Assembly: GCF_009914755.1 (NCBI RefSeq)
Contig: NC_060939.1
DNA from: the human T2T-CHM13v2.0 reference genome, Homo sapiens
Length of the DNA stretch: 64,000 bases
Reading direction: 5' to 3' (one strand)
Part shown: positions 1-13,480 of the stretch, piece after piece
Layout: each line of letters starts with the position of its first letter
Numbering within the stretch: position 1 is the first letter of the stretch
Position numbers and translations under genes: made by a program
The notes under the pieces: model-generated
The model's database searches: none
What the model was told of the DNA's origin: nothing
What the model saw: the letters and a program-made list of their open reading frames with translations, nothing else

Positions 1-660
1 CAGTTTCCCTGACACCACCGCCAACCTCCAGCCCAAGCACAAGGGACCGCATTTTTTTTTTAGGAAGCCAGAGGAAAGACTGGAACCCTCTGGGAGGCCC
101 ATATGTTGACTGGGAAGACTGAACTCCATGTCTGGGGCACCATTCTGAAAAACTTTTTCTCGTTTACACCAGGCATTGGAGTGAAAAGTCTGTCTTGAGA
201 GGGGCTGGCAGCTCTTAAGTACCAGGACACTGCAGCATGTGCCACTCATTGAAGTGGTGTCAAGACTGAGCACACCTGGGAACATGTCCTAGACCTACAC
301 CCTTGCCAAGTGGGGCTCCTGGCTCCTGCTCCCAGCCCATATCCCAGAGACCTGCTGACGCTCCCCTTGGTGCCTTTGGGATCACAGGTTTACCCCTAAC
401 CACCCTCACCCCCTGCAGGTCAGAAAATGAGCTCATCATACCTAGAATTCACCTGCTCTCAATGGTTGGTTTTCTAGATTTAAGCCTCCGCCCTCCCGCT
501 AGGTCTGCAGGAGGAAATAAGCCTCCTCTTAGTACTGTCTCTACGGAAACGGTAGTGTCTGGAGGGCAAAATAGATAGTGCCGATTGTTCACTATGGGCA
601 GGGGGCAGTGAGCAGGGTTCTATCCCCTCCCCACACTCCCAGGTCACTCTTACTATATGA

Positions 661-703
661 ACCTCCTCCCTCCCCTCCCCCTTCCCCTTCCCCTTCCCCC
701 CCT
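661..703. repeat. C-rich (CCCCT/CCCCTT)n tract, G-quadruplex-capable on the minus strand
   Basis: Read directly: cctcccctccccttccccttccccttccccccc. Confidence 0.8.
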
Positions 704-716
704 CACGAGCTGGACT

Positions 717-2057
717 TGTGTCCGGAATCCGTAGGTTCTCGGTCTGACTTCAAAAATGAAGCCGCAGACCCTCGCAGTTGAGTGTTCCTTAGTTCTTAAA
801 GGCGCGTTTCTGGAGTTTGCTCCTTCCCATATTCGGATGTGTTGAGAGTTTTTTCCGTCCGGTGGGTTCGGTGGTCCCGCTCGTTCAGAAACGAAGCTAC
901 AGACTTTCTCCGTGAGTGTTACAGTTCTCAAGGTAGCGCGTCTGGAATCGTTCGTTCTTCCTGGTGGTTTTGTAGTCTCGCTAACCTCAAGACTGAAACT
1001 GCAGACTTTCGTGATAAGCGTTACAACTCACAAAAACAGTGTAGACCCCCCAAAACATAAAAAAAAAAACCGCCCCCAAAGGATGGAAAACAAACCCACC
1101 AGGTTACCACTACGGGCTCGGGCAGCCCGCTTTTATTCTCTCATCTGGCCCCACCCACATCCTGCTGATTGGTCCATTTTACAGAGAGCCGATTGGTCTG
1201 TTTTACAGAGAGCTGATTGGTCCGTTTTGACAGGGTGCTGATTGGTGCGTTTACAATCCCTGAGCTAGACACAAAAGTTCTCCATGTCCCCACTAGGTTA
1301 GCTAGATACAGAGTGTTGATTGGTGTATTTACAAACCCTGAGCTAGACACAGAGTGCTGATTGGTTCATTTGCAAACCTTGAGCTAGATACAGAGTGCCG
1401 ATTGGTGCATTCACAATCCCTTAGCTAGACATAAAGATTCTCCAAGTCACCACCAGACTCAGGAGCCCAGCTGGCTTCACCCAGTGGATCCCCCACCGGG
1501 ACTGCAGGTGGAGCTGCCTGCCAGTCCCGCGCCCTGAGCCCGCACTCCTTAGCCCTTGGGCGGTCGATGGGACTGGGCGCTGTGGAGCAGGGGGCAGCGG
1601 TCGTCGGGGAGGCTCGGGCCGCGCAGGAGCCGACGGCGGGTTGGGGGCGTGGCTCAGGCATGGCGGGCTGCAGGTCCCAAGCCCTGCCCCGCGGGGAGGC
1701 AGCTAAGGCCAGGCGAGAAATCCAGCACAGCCGCTGCTGGCCCAGGTGCTAAGCCCCTCACTGCCTGGGGCCGGCCAGCCGGCCGGCGGTTCCCAGTGCG
1801 AGTGCGGGGCCCGCGGAGCCCACGCCCGCCCGGAACTCGCGCTGGCCCACAAGCGCCGCGCGGAGTCCTGTTCCCACCCGCGCCTCTCCCTCCACACCTC
1901 CCCGCAAGCTGAGGGAGCTGGCTCCGGCCTTGGCCAGCCCAGAAAGGGGCTCCCACAGTGCAGCGGTGGGCTGAAGGGCTCCTCAAGCGCGGCCAGAATG
2001 GGCGCCGAGGCCGAGGAGGCACTGAGAGCGAGCGCGGGCTGTGAGGGCTGCCAGCAC
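717..2057 (-). mobile_element. LTR12 (LTR12C-like, ERV9) solo LTR
   Basis: It has the tgtgtccggaat terminus and tandem (gctgattggt...) NF-Y CCAAT repeats at 1160-1410. The CpG-rich U3 ends in gggctgtgagggctgccagcac, and a TATA-like AATAAAAG lies at about 1137-1130. The terminus near 2057 is degenerate. Confidence 0.9.
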
Positions 2058-3274
2058 TACCTCCTTTGGGAAGCTGCTCACACTCAGCCATTTAGCTAAG
2101 GAAAAATTCTCCATTTTACAGGGGTCTCCTGGGAAGGCCCCACCACTGGCCATCGTGTGTCAAGGAACCCCACAAAGATCAGGGCCCCTCGGGATCTTTC
2201 CACAGCTGCTCCACAGGCAGTGCCTTGCAGTGACACCTGCAACCCCCACCCCATCCTGCTTTCTTGGGGGTGGAGGACAGGTCGGGTGATGCCTGGAGAC
2301 TGGGTTTCTGTGGCTCTTCTAAGATAGTGGGGGAGGAGAGGACACCAGGGTGGGTCTGCACCATCAGATTTGTTGTCCACAGTGGGAAGTGCCTGACTTT
2401 ACACATCCCAGCATAATAGGAATGGAGCAGCCTGAACAGGAACTGAGAGCCAAAAGCCTCAGGCAGGTGTGTAAGCTTGAGTGTTCCTGGCAGGGAGTCA
2501 TGTCTGATCAGCACAGTGTCTGAGCCCTGGATAGCGTCAGCCTGAGGTCACCCTCCAAGACCCCTTGGTCCCCTAGTCTGGCATGGCTGGTACAGGTAAG
2601 GTGGGGGTGGGCAGGTGGTGATGGCAGCTGTGCTCGCCCCTCTGGTAGGGGTTCGGGGCAGGCCAATGGAGGAGTCAGGTTGCATCAGAATTCCAGCTAG
2701 CTCCCGTGTAACATGTTACAGGAAGGTGCAGCTCCAGCATCCCACCCTTCTGCCCTGTGGGAGAAAGAAAAGGGCACTGCAAATGCATTGCAGGAGGGAC
2801 GTTTAACCCGCTTGCAAGATCCAATTATCTTCAAGGGCTTAGCATATCTATGTTACTTACCAATGTGCTAATTGTGTGCTGTTCTTATCTATTCATAAGA
2901 GTGGGTCCCTATCATGATGGTCTACTGGATAACTGTTGCTGAGCTATGATAAAGCTATTCTCCCAGTATCAGACTAGACAGGATACCTTGGCTTCCTCCC
3001 CCACAGTTAAAGAGGATGGAGTGGCTCTGAGTGGGGCTCTGGGGACTCAAAAGTCCCTTGCAGAAGGTGCTCTTATCTTTTCCATTTTGCACCAATGTGC
3101 ACCTCTACTTTAACAAGGGCTCTCTCCACCATCTCCTATATGGTTCCCCCAGCCACCTTTGTGAAGTTCCACCAGTATCTCATGTCCTTCATTCCCACTT
3201 CTAGGTGACCCAGCTCTATTCCATTTCAAGTGAAATTCCATGTGAAATCCTCCCTCCTTCCAGAAGCCTTTTCC

Positions 3275-3574
<300 letters not shown>

Positions 3575-5667
3575 CCCAGAAGCCTTTTCTAGATACTCCA
3601 GCCCCACCCATTGTCAGGTAAGCCTAGACCAGAAAGGGCAGTGATATTTACTGGGCTTAGGGCAGGCTAGTCTTGGCTCTGCCAGAGAAATGGAAAGGGG
3701 GAAGGATGCTTTGGACTTGGAGCTGTTTTTCTGCTAGTCACCCAGTCAGTGCCCCAGACCCACCAGAAACTAGGGGGTGGTTCTGAAAGTCTGGCCTAAA
3801 GTGGAGTTGAAGTCAGGGCCCAAACCCTGGTGAGCACTATGTAAAGTGCCTAACAATCACATAGTATGCTATACATTGTAGCACTTATATATAGTGTAAA
3901 TAATAATGGCAATGTCAGTCCCCAGAGCAGCCAATTTCTGGCTGTGTAACTTAGAATGAATTCCTTATTTGTTCATCAGTTGCCTCCCCTGACCTGTAAA
4001 ATAAAAATTGTGGTTAATTCATTTACTCAACAAATAATTATTGAGCAACATATTCTGTTCTAGGTACAACTAAATCTGTCATTTAGTATTTGTTAAAAGA
4101 TGTAGCACGGTACCTGACATATATATACTAGGTTGTCAATAAACATCAGTTTTCTTACACAAGTCTCAGCTGTGGAATGGGAGATGGGTGGGTGTGGGAA
4201 GCGCCGGAACAGAGAAACAGAAAGTCAGGAGTGGACAGGGTGGAGGGCTGGTCTTGTTGCCTCTGGAATTCCCAGCCCCACTACACCCACTTTCCCTTCT
4301 TGTTGACAAGTCCTCATTAAGGACAGGGGATGGTGCTGGGGTCTCTGAATAGTTTACCCTCCTTTCTGTCCCTTGATCCCATTAGACCACTTCTGTGGAT
4401 GACATCATCTGTCCCTCATCTATAAAATACAGACAGTGATGCCTCCTCATTCTTAGACACCAAAGACATGGCAATGTGCCCACGCTATTAATGGAGTGTC
4501 AGGTTGGGGACCCCCACCCTTCCCAGGACATCTCCCAGAGTGGTCTCCTCACCAAGCTGACTTGCCTCCCACTTCTGGTTCCTTACCCTGGCATCCCAGG
4601 CTAGACCCAGCAGCAGCTATGGCTCCCTTAGTGCTGAAACCCCACACCCTTCAGTTTTGACTTTCCCCAGCCCCAAGGCACACCAGACCAGACCCTCACA
4701 GAGGAGTTGTGTATATCTGTGTGCAAGCACCATGACACCTGGTACACAGGAGGTCTGCAATAAAAGCTGATTGAATGAATGCATAGTGGATACCCTTCTG
4801 CAAATGGGGCTCGTTTATTCATTCAACAAACATTTATTGAACCCATAATCCATTTGGTGCCAGTCTCCGAGTCAGGGGTGGTGACATTCAGGTTAACAGT
4901 AACTAAGTTCTCCAAAGACTGAGGCATGTTCACATGTTTCCTCACCCCAACACTCCCCTCACCCCGAAGACCCGCCTGGCTCTCAGACGACCCAGCCCCG
5001 ACCCTCACCTCCAGTGACCAGGCCACCCACTCCAGGCATTTTAACTGCAGTGGATGTTTGCAGTAGATGATGCTAAGTCACTGTGTTTGTGGTTGAATCC
5101 TGGTTCCATAGCCCATCCTGTGTTTCCTTAGGCAAGTTACTTCACTTCCCAGAGCCTCAGTTTCCTCATCTGGAAGCTACTTAGACATAAGTAAGATTGC
5201 TTATCTCATACGTGCTGTGAGGAGTAAATGAGATAAGACATACACTTAGAACAATGCCCAGTGCCTAGCACGTGCCCAGTGGACATGAGTTATTCATCAT
5301 GCTGTGACTTCTCTCCATCACCAGGTTCCAGCTCCCTTCTGCCCCTCCACAGCACCACTCAGCACAAGCCTGTGCACACAGTAGGTGGTCAGTGGAATAG
5401 GACTTCCCGGAAGCAGAGAGATCTGATGGAACATCCTGGGTAAAGAAACTCAAAAACTGGCAAAGGTTTGGAGGCAGGGAAGAGCAGCAAAGGGCTGTAC
5501 CTGGAAGGTCTGGAGGAAGGACCCAAGGGATGGCTGTGTCTACCCCAAGGACAGGGAGCTCACTACCCAGAAGCAGCCCATGCCATGGCTCAGCAGTGTT
5601 GAAAGTCAGAATTCTCTCTATCCCTAGCTGGCCACATTTTGTGTTTCAAGTCTGAAGAAGCCACTGG

Positions 5668-6314
<647 letters not shown>

Positions 6315-7666
6315 TCAGGAGGTCCAGACTGGGTGTAGCAAAATTGTGAAGTCAGCCAAGTACTACCTATATCCCACTTCCCCCTCCTCCAGGATATACT
6401 CCCACCACTGCCCTATTTGGGGGCAAATGGCCAGGCAGGGGAGCAGGGGGCGACTGATGGACATTAGCCACTACTACAGAGTCACATAGAGCCAGTGTGG
6501 GGTGCAGGATCCCATGGCTGTGTCAGAGACCCCTAGCTCTGGCCCTCAGTTTCTTCCTCTGTGAAATGCGAACTATTCCATAGGTTTCTTTTCCCTGACT
6601 GTTGAAAAGATGAGAAACTGTGAGCCTGAAAGTGCTCTTGCCATGACAGATGAAATGCAAGCCTCAGAGGGAGAACTGTTATGTCCATTCTTAGCACCAG
6701 GTAGGCCCATTCCTGGTCGGGGACTGCCCCCTTCTCACTCTCAGGGTGGGGCGGAATGCAGCTGGCCCCTCTCCCCAGAGGAGCCCCTGGCACTCATCCT
6801 GTGAACCAGAGCCCTATCGCTGATCAGCACCAAATGGCTGAGGATTTCCTGGGGCTGATAGAGAGGCTCAGACCCTTGGTTCTCAGACGTGAGCTGGGAA
6901 GAGCTGGCCATGGCCTGCGCCATCCCTGGATTTCCACACTGGTGGCTGCACCCTGGCTAACTCTTTAGGGCTCCAATCTCACCATGAGCTTGAGGAATAA
7001 GCTCTACATTGCAGAGCCTCCTAGGTCTGCTCAGTCTTATCCAGATCATATCCCCTGCAGCTGCTCCAGACCGGCCTGTACAATCTCACTGTATGTCCAC
7101 AGCCGGGGCTGGATAGCACCTCTTCAGGCAGGAGCAGTGGGTGCTGCCAGGCCTGCTGCTCAGGCCCCCTCCGGACAGACGCTGGGGGGCTGTAAACCTG
7201 CCTTAATTGAAATATGCAACAGGGAGGCCCCCAAGGAGCGATGTCTTTGCTGTGCTGCCAGTCCCACCTCCCTGCTCTGAGCGAGGGGCTGTGAATCAAG
7301 CTGCAGTCAACTTCTGACCTCGAGCTACTGCGAGGGACCAAGCAATGGAGTGTTTGTGACCCAGGGGTGGCTCCCAGTTGGATGGAGGTGTCTTCTTTGG
7401 CCATCCCACTCGAAGCCCCTGTGCCCTGGAAATCACTGGACATCTGGGTTGAGGCCACACTGACCACAAGGCATGTCCAGTGCCTTCAGTTTGTCAAGTG
7501 CTTTCACAGTCACCATCTCGTCGGAGCTCCACAGCAGCTGGTGAGGTAGGTGAAGACTACCAGACCCATTATACAGAGGAGGTAGATAGGCTCAGAGAGG
7601 CAAACGGACTTGCCAAGGTCACACAGCTGCTAGCTAGCAGAGCCAGGCACAGCCTGGAAATCACTA

Positions 7667-8187
<521 letters not shown>

Positions 8188-9149
8188 TCAATAAATGTGA
8201 GCAATATAATTGTCATTATTATCCCAAGGATATTCAGCTGCTGTCCCTGTGCTGGCCATGCCCCAGATGAAGCCCTGGTACCTCTAGGCTGTAACCTCAT
8301 CTTTGTTCAGGACCTGCTGAGATGGGCTCAGGGGCTGGGTGTGGAGACATCGGGACGGAGTGGGGACCACTGGGCTCCTTTCCAAGGCTGCCCACCTGGT
8401 GAAGGTGGCCAGGAGCCTGTCTACGGCCCTAATTTTTAGCCCCATGGAAGTGGCTGCCTACTTCCTCGCACAGATCTCAGGTCTGCTTAGGGCCACGCCA
8501 GGACTGGCTGAGGCTTTGCCCTGAGGTTTTGGTCTTGGTCTCAGAATCAGGCTGAGAATGGGAGCTGAAAGGATTGGGGGTGGTCCAGACCCTCCAATCA
8601 AACCCCTGCCCAGCCCAGGCGATCCTTCAGGCTCTGTGGATGCCCAGCATCCCAGCACGGAGGCCTGCGCCATGGGAGCAGCTTGCCATTCCCCTATGTC
8701 CCAGGCAACCCTAAGATGGAAGGGGGTGAGGCAGGACTGTGTATAGCCGAGTAAGTCTGCCTTGGAGTAGAAGGATGGTGGGTGCAAGTGACGCAGGGCC
8801 TGGCCAGACTGATGCCACCCCCAGGCCCTGAGTCCTGCAGTCTCCAGACCACCCCGACTGTGAACCCTGGCCTAAAGGGACACCACTCCCTTTAGAGCCC
8901 GCCTCCTGCAGGGGAGTCCCCTCTAGGACATGGCCCTGGCCATCAGCCAGACTCCACCACAGAGTTCAGGGGCTAGCAAAAGGAGGATCAGACCTCCCAT
9001 CAGATTTACATACTTTCAGATACCCCCTTCAGGAGCCCCGCAATGAGAACGGAGGAAGGGCAGTCCTGCCCACACCTCCTGGGACCTAGGAGGCCAATGG
9101 GCATCTTCATGTCTAAGAGGAGCTCTGTGAAAGCTTTGGGGCCTGTGGG

Positions 9150-9194
9150 GCCAGATCCTTAGCATTTTTAAATTTTATTATGACTTCATTTGTT

Positions 9195-9233
<39 letters not shown>

Positions 9234-9277
9234 TTATAGCTCTATGTGCCCACCGCCCCCGGCCCCCTCCCCGGCCC
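9150..9277 (-). terminator. INSYN1: Proximal 3'UTR and polyadenylation region of INSYN1 (AATAAA at 9234-9229 and 9179-9174)
   Basis: Two tttatt hexamers on the + strand lie within about 100 nt of the stop. The cleavage site (about 9150-9160) is inferred, and longer 3'UTR isoforms cannot be excluded. Confidence 0.65.
9199..9228. repeat. (TA)15 microsatellite in the INSYN1 3'UTR
   Basis: Read directly from the sequence. Confidence 0.95.
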
Positions 9278-10003
9278 CTAGTTTTTCCCCCTGGCTTTCT
9301 GTCTAGTGGCTGTGTAGGGCAGAACCGTCTGCGTGCTCTTGTCTGACACTGTCTGGGTGCTGCTGTTCCTCGTGACCCTTCGAGTCTGTTCAGGGGCCAA
9401 GGTAGAGCCTGAGTGGCGGCTGGTCAGTGGAGAGCGCCGTGACTTGTAGGGGGCTGGGGAGGGCTTGTGGGGGCCTGCATGGGCCTCTGTATGGGCAGGC
9501 TCAGGGGGCAAGCCCACTTCTTCCTCCTCCACCTCCTGCTCACCGTCCCCCTCCTCATCGTCACAGCACAGAGCATGGTAGAGCACTTTGTCACTGAACC
9601 GCACCCTCTCCCGTGTCCCTGGGGTCCGCTGGGGCAGCTGGCTCTTCACCGTGGGGCCAGCACCAAAGGCCTCCTCACTGGAGGAGTCTGGGGTCTCCAC
9701 TCGTGGCCCATTGGGGATGGGCGTGCCACCATTCATGAGGCGGTAGTCAGGGCCAGCCCCTGGCCGAGTCGACTCGGGACCATCCACGGAGTCCGAGGGG
9801 GTGGAGACGTCCAGGAAGGAGCAGAACTCCCAGCTGTCTGAGAGGATATCGGCTGTCATGAAGTCCAGGTGGCCCAGGTCAAAGGGGCCACCCATGCCCG
9901 CCTTGTCACTGCTAGAGGTGCTGCTCACAGTGGCCGTGGTCCAGTCGTCCGGCTCCAGTTCAAAGTCGAAGTCCGAGGTTAGCTTATCGATCTGGCTCAC
10001 CAC
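9278..10003 (-). CDS. INSYN1: INSYN1 second (last) coding exon, codons 53-293 plus TAG (VVSQIDKLTSDF...RQKARGKN*)
   Basis: Distal part of the 302-aa ORF 9278..10186. It is preceded by a pyrimidine tract and acceptor (tcctctccccttccctggtcag|GTG) at 10004/10003, with the stop TAG at 9280-9278. The sequence is recognised as INSYN1 (DUF4589/Largen-related family). Confidence 0.95.
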   Translation of the reverse strand: MVSQIDKLTSDFDFELEPDDWTTATVSSTSSSDKAGMGGPFDLGHLDFMTADILSDSWEFCSFLDVSTPSDSVDGPESTRPGAGPDYRLMNGGTPIPNGPRVETPDSSSEEAFGAGPTVKSQLPQRTPGTRERVRFSDKVLYHALCCDDEEGDGEQEVEEEEVGLPPEPAHTEAHAGPHKPSPAPYKSRRSPLTSRHSGSTLAPEQTRRVTRNSSTQTVSDKSTQTVLPYTATRQKARGKN

Positions 10004-12199
10004 CTGACCAGGGAAGGGGAGAGGAGATGAGAGGGGCCAGGTGGGTCCCTGCGTCAGCCAGGTGTGAGTGTGTCTCCACCCCATCCCTGTAGACCCCTGG
10101 CTGATGAGCGTACTGGACAGGGGAGAGCCTGTAGGATGGTGACTGGCCTGGAGGTCACAGGTTGGTTTGCCCTGTGGAGGGCCCAAATCAGATCAGGCTG
10201 GACAGAGCTTGTTCCGGCCCTTCCCAAAGGTCTGTTTACCACTGTTCAGTGCCCTGGGGGAGAGGGAACTGCTTTCCAGCCCTGCACACCATCCATTCAC
10301 TCACCCCTGTCTCTCAAACACAGCAGCTGCTCTGGGGGCAGCCCTGGTGATCAGGGATGAATCTTCCTTAGTTTGAGAGGGGGCCACTTCAGAGGGGCTG
10401 AGGGCCTCCAGCAAGCCCATTCCACAAAGAGCTGAGCAGCCCATGCACCCTCAGAGAGGAAATGATGTGGGTGATCACAAGGAAGACCCTGTGTGGGCTT
10501 TCTAAAGCATCCTGGACCAGTCCTTGCAGCTGACTGGTGACTGTCGCCCCTGGGTCTCCACCATCCCTCACGGCAAGAACACCAGGTGTACAGCACTGGC
10601 TGGGTCACCCCACCCCCATCTCCATCTCCCGGAGCCTCCTCATTCCTTCCCCTTCCCTGCCCACTGACAAGTGGAGATCAATCCTGGCTTGTTGAGAGAA
10701 GGAATAAAGCAAGCATTATTTGATAAGCAATAAAGAAGCCATCTATTCTGGGCCCAGAGCTGCTTGTTCAATGCACTCAGGGGGCAGCTCAGCTGTGGAG
10801 GTCACTCCACCCTGGCCTGCCTCGCATAAAGTGAAGCCCTTGGCTTCTATACAGAAGGCCCTGGCTTGGGACACTCCCTTGCCTGGGTGGCCACTGTCAG
10901 CACATAAATCAGGGAGGAAGACAGTGAGGGAAAGAGGGAGATCCAGTCAGAGACACAGGGATGGGACAGGGCAAGAGAAGGGAGAGAGAAGATTCCAACC
11001 AAAAACAAAACAGAAAAACAATGAAAACAAAGCAGCGAGGCCAAGAGTCAGAGTAACAGAGACCAAGAGATCCACAGTGAGTCATCCAGATCAGAATCCA
11101 GCCCCCAGCACCTCTCTGGCGCCCTTCAACCTGGGGTCAGAGCAGGCAATTAATTAATTAACTCATTAAGTCCTTAATTCAACAAACAGTTGCTAAGGGC
11201 TGCTGCTGTCCAGGGATGTGCTAGTATTTGGCAAGGAGTGGGGGTAGTGAGTGCCCCAAAGTGAGAGGAAAGCAAGGACAAAAGTGATGGCCAGAGTGGC
11301 TTGGGCCAGTGGGAAGACTACTTGATCAGGAGTCAGGGGCTGGATGCAGGAGACCTGGTCAACCATTTTTCCTCTGTAGGTCTCAGTTGCCCAGTCTGTA
11401 AGCGAAGAGGGTGGGTGAACTAGTTTATTTCCAAGGTTCCTTCCATGTCTGAGATTCTAGGACTCTGTTTATAGGAATGACTCTGAGAGGCTGCTTGGGT
11501 GCTGATGCCTAGGGATGGCCCCTCAACCATTGCCCAGGCCAGGAGTGGGGAAACCACTTGGCTGAGGCCTCCAGAAGAGCTGGAGGAATCAGGACATCTG
11601 GATTCCAGACTTAGCTTTGACATTGTTCTGTGTGTCTTTTGGAAGATCACAGAACCTCTCTGGACCTCAACCTCATTCACCTCCAAGTGGGTATGACAAT
11701 CCCAGACCACCAAGTGAGTATGACAATCCCAGCCAACCTTATGAGAGCTTCATGAAGGACAGTGAGAAGGGCAGCAAAAGGACTCTGCAAAGCACTGGGG
11801 ATGAAAATGACACCATCTCCCATCTCTGAGCACCTACCATGCACCATGCTTTCGAGTGCTCACCTCCACCCATGAGATCATTATCTCCTGTGTCTACAGA
11901 TGAGGAGTCTTGGGCACTAGTCCCTGGAAAGCTGAGAATCTCCCCCTGCGGCCCCCTGCAAAACTGCACACCATCATGAAGTGCTGCTGTGACTGCTGGG
12001 CTTGGGCAGGCGGCAGGGATAGGGCCCTACCCTCCAATCTGGCTACTTCTTCTTGTGCTTCTCCCAGGATGATGCCTTCCTGCCCCAAAGGAACCTCAGA
12101 GAAACTCCTATCTCCCAGAAGCCCTTGCTCAACCCAAGCTCCACCCAAGGGCTGGTGGGAGCACTGGCCTAGCGTAGGGACACTCAGACTTGAGTGTCC

Positions 12200-12326
12200 C
12201 TCAGCTCACTCCCCAGAGTTTCTGGTTCTGCTGGTCTGGGGTGGTGCTGGAGAAGGTGCCTACCTAGCGTGCCTCCAGGTGCTGTTGCTGCTGGTCCAGA
12301 GACCTGCTTTGAAAACCACTAGCCTA
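12200..12326. mobile_element. MER5A-like hAT DNA transposon remnant
   Basis: Contains ccccagagtttctg...ggtctggggtgg...ctttgaaaaccact, which resembles MER5A. Confidence 0.55.
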
Positions 12327-12898
12327 GGGCACTGGGAGATTTAAGCTGGGTGAAGACCAGCAATTCAAGGCATTGATGGCCTCAGGAGAGGCCCACCACC
12401 TCTGGGGCAGCTATGCCCTCAAATGAGACTCCCCTGATCAAGCCAGAGCTGTGGAGTTTGCTGCTGCCTGAGGGCGGGGCAGAATGCCAGTAGGAATTGG
12501 AGTTGCATGACTTGGCTGTGACCTCACAGGGTCAGCTGAGGCCAGGCTGGGCCCAGAAGCTGGGTCTCCTGATGCTTAGTGAGGACAAGCACCATTGGGC
12601 CTCAGGCAGGGAAGATCCAGGGTACACATGGCAGGAGCCCAAGCCTTCAGGCTGGAACACTCCCCCAACCCAAGAAGCCCTTCCTCTTCTTTATTAGTAC
12701 ACTCCTCTCTGGTTCCAACCTGGGGGGATGGAGGAAAGAGAAAGAGGGAGGCCTGCATTCCCGAGTCCCACGTCTGCCACCTCTTGGCTGAGAGACCTTA
12801 GGCAGATGATTATCCCCCTCTGGGGCTTGATTTCCTGTCCTATAAAAGGAAGTAACACTCCCCTCCTCACCCAGGGTGATGAAAATTTAACAGATATG

Positions 12899-13267
<369 letters not shown>

Positions 13268-13274
13268 TCAAGAT

Positions 13275-13480
13275 AGCTAAATACTTAAGAACCTGGGCTC
13301 TGGAGCCAGACATGGAGTCCTACCCTGGCTTCACTGCTTACCAGCTGTGTGACCTTGGCCAAGTTACTCAACGTCTCTGTGCCTAAGTTCATCATCAAAG
13401 GAGAATTCTAGTAATACCTACTTGATAGGGCTGTTGTGAGGATTTAATGGCTTAATGCGCTTTGGACAGCATATGGAACA
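13275..13480 (+). mobile_element. MIR
   Basis: Core motif ctctggagccagac...gctgtgtgaccttggccaagttactcaac...gtgaggatt. Confidence 0.75.

Noticed and set aside
1150-1440. Regularly spaced direct repeats resembling a CRISPR-like array
   Set aside because: These are the normal tandem CCAAT/NF-Y enhancer repeats of the LTR12 U3, with no unique spacers, in a eukaryotic context.
1425-2099. Overlapping ORFs of 60-145 aa
   Set aside because: They lie within the GC-rich U3 of the LTR12 element.
10004-10186. N-terminal 61 aa of the 302-aa ORF (MGPPQGKP...LPFPGQ)
   Set aside because: This is intronic read-through upstream of the acceptor and translates the pyrimidine tract. The true N-terminus comes from the exon at 20502-20347.
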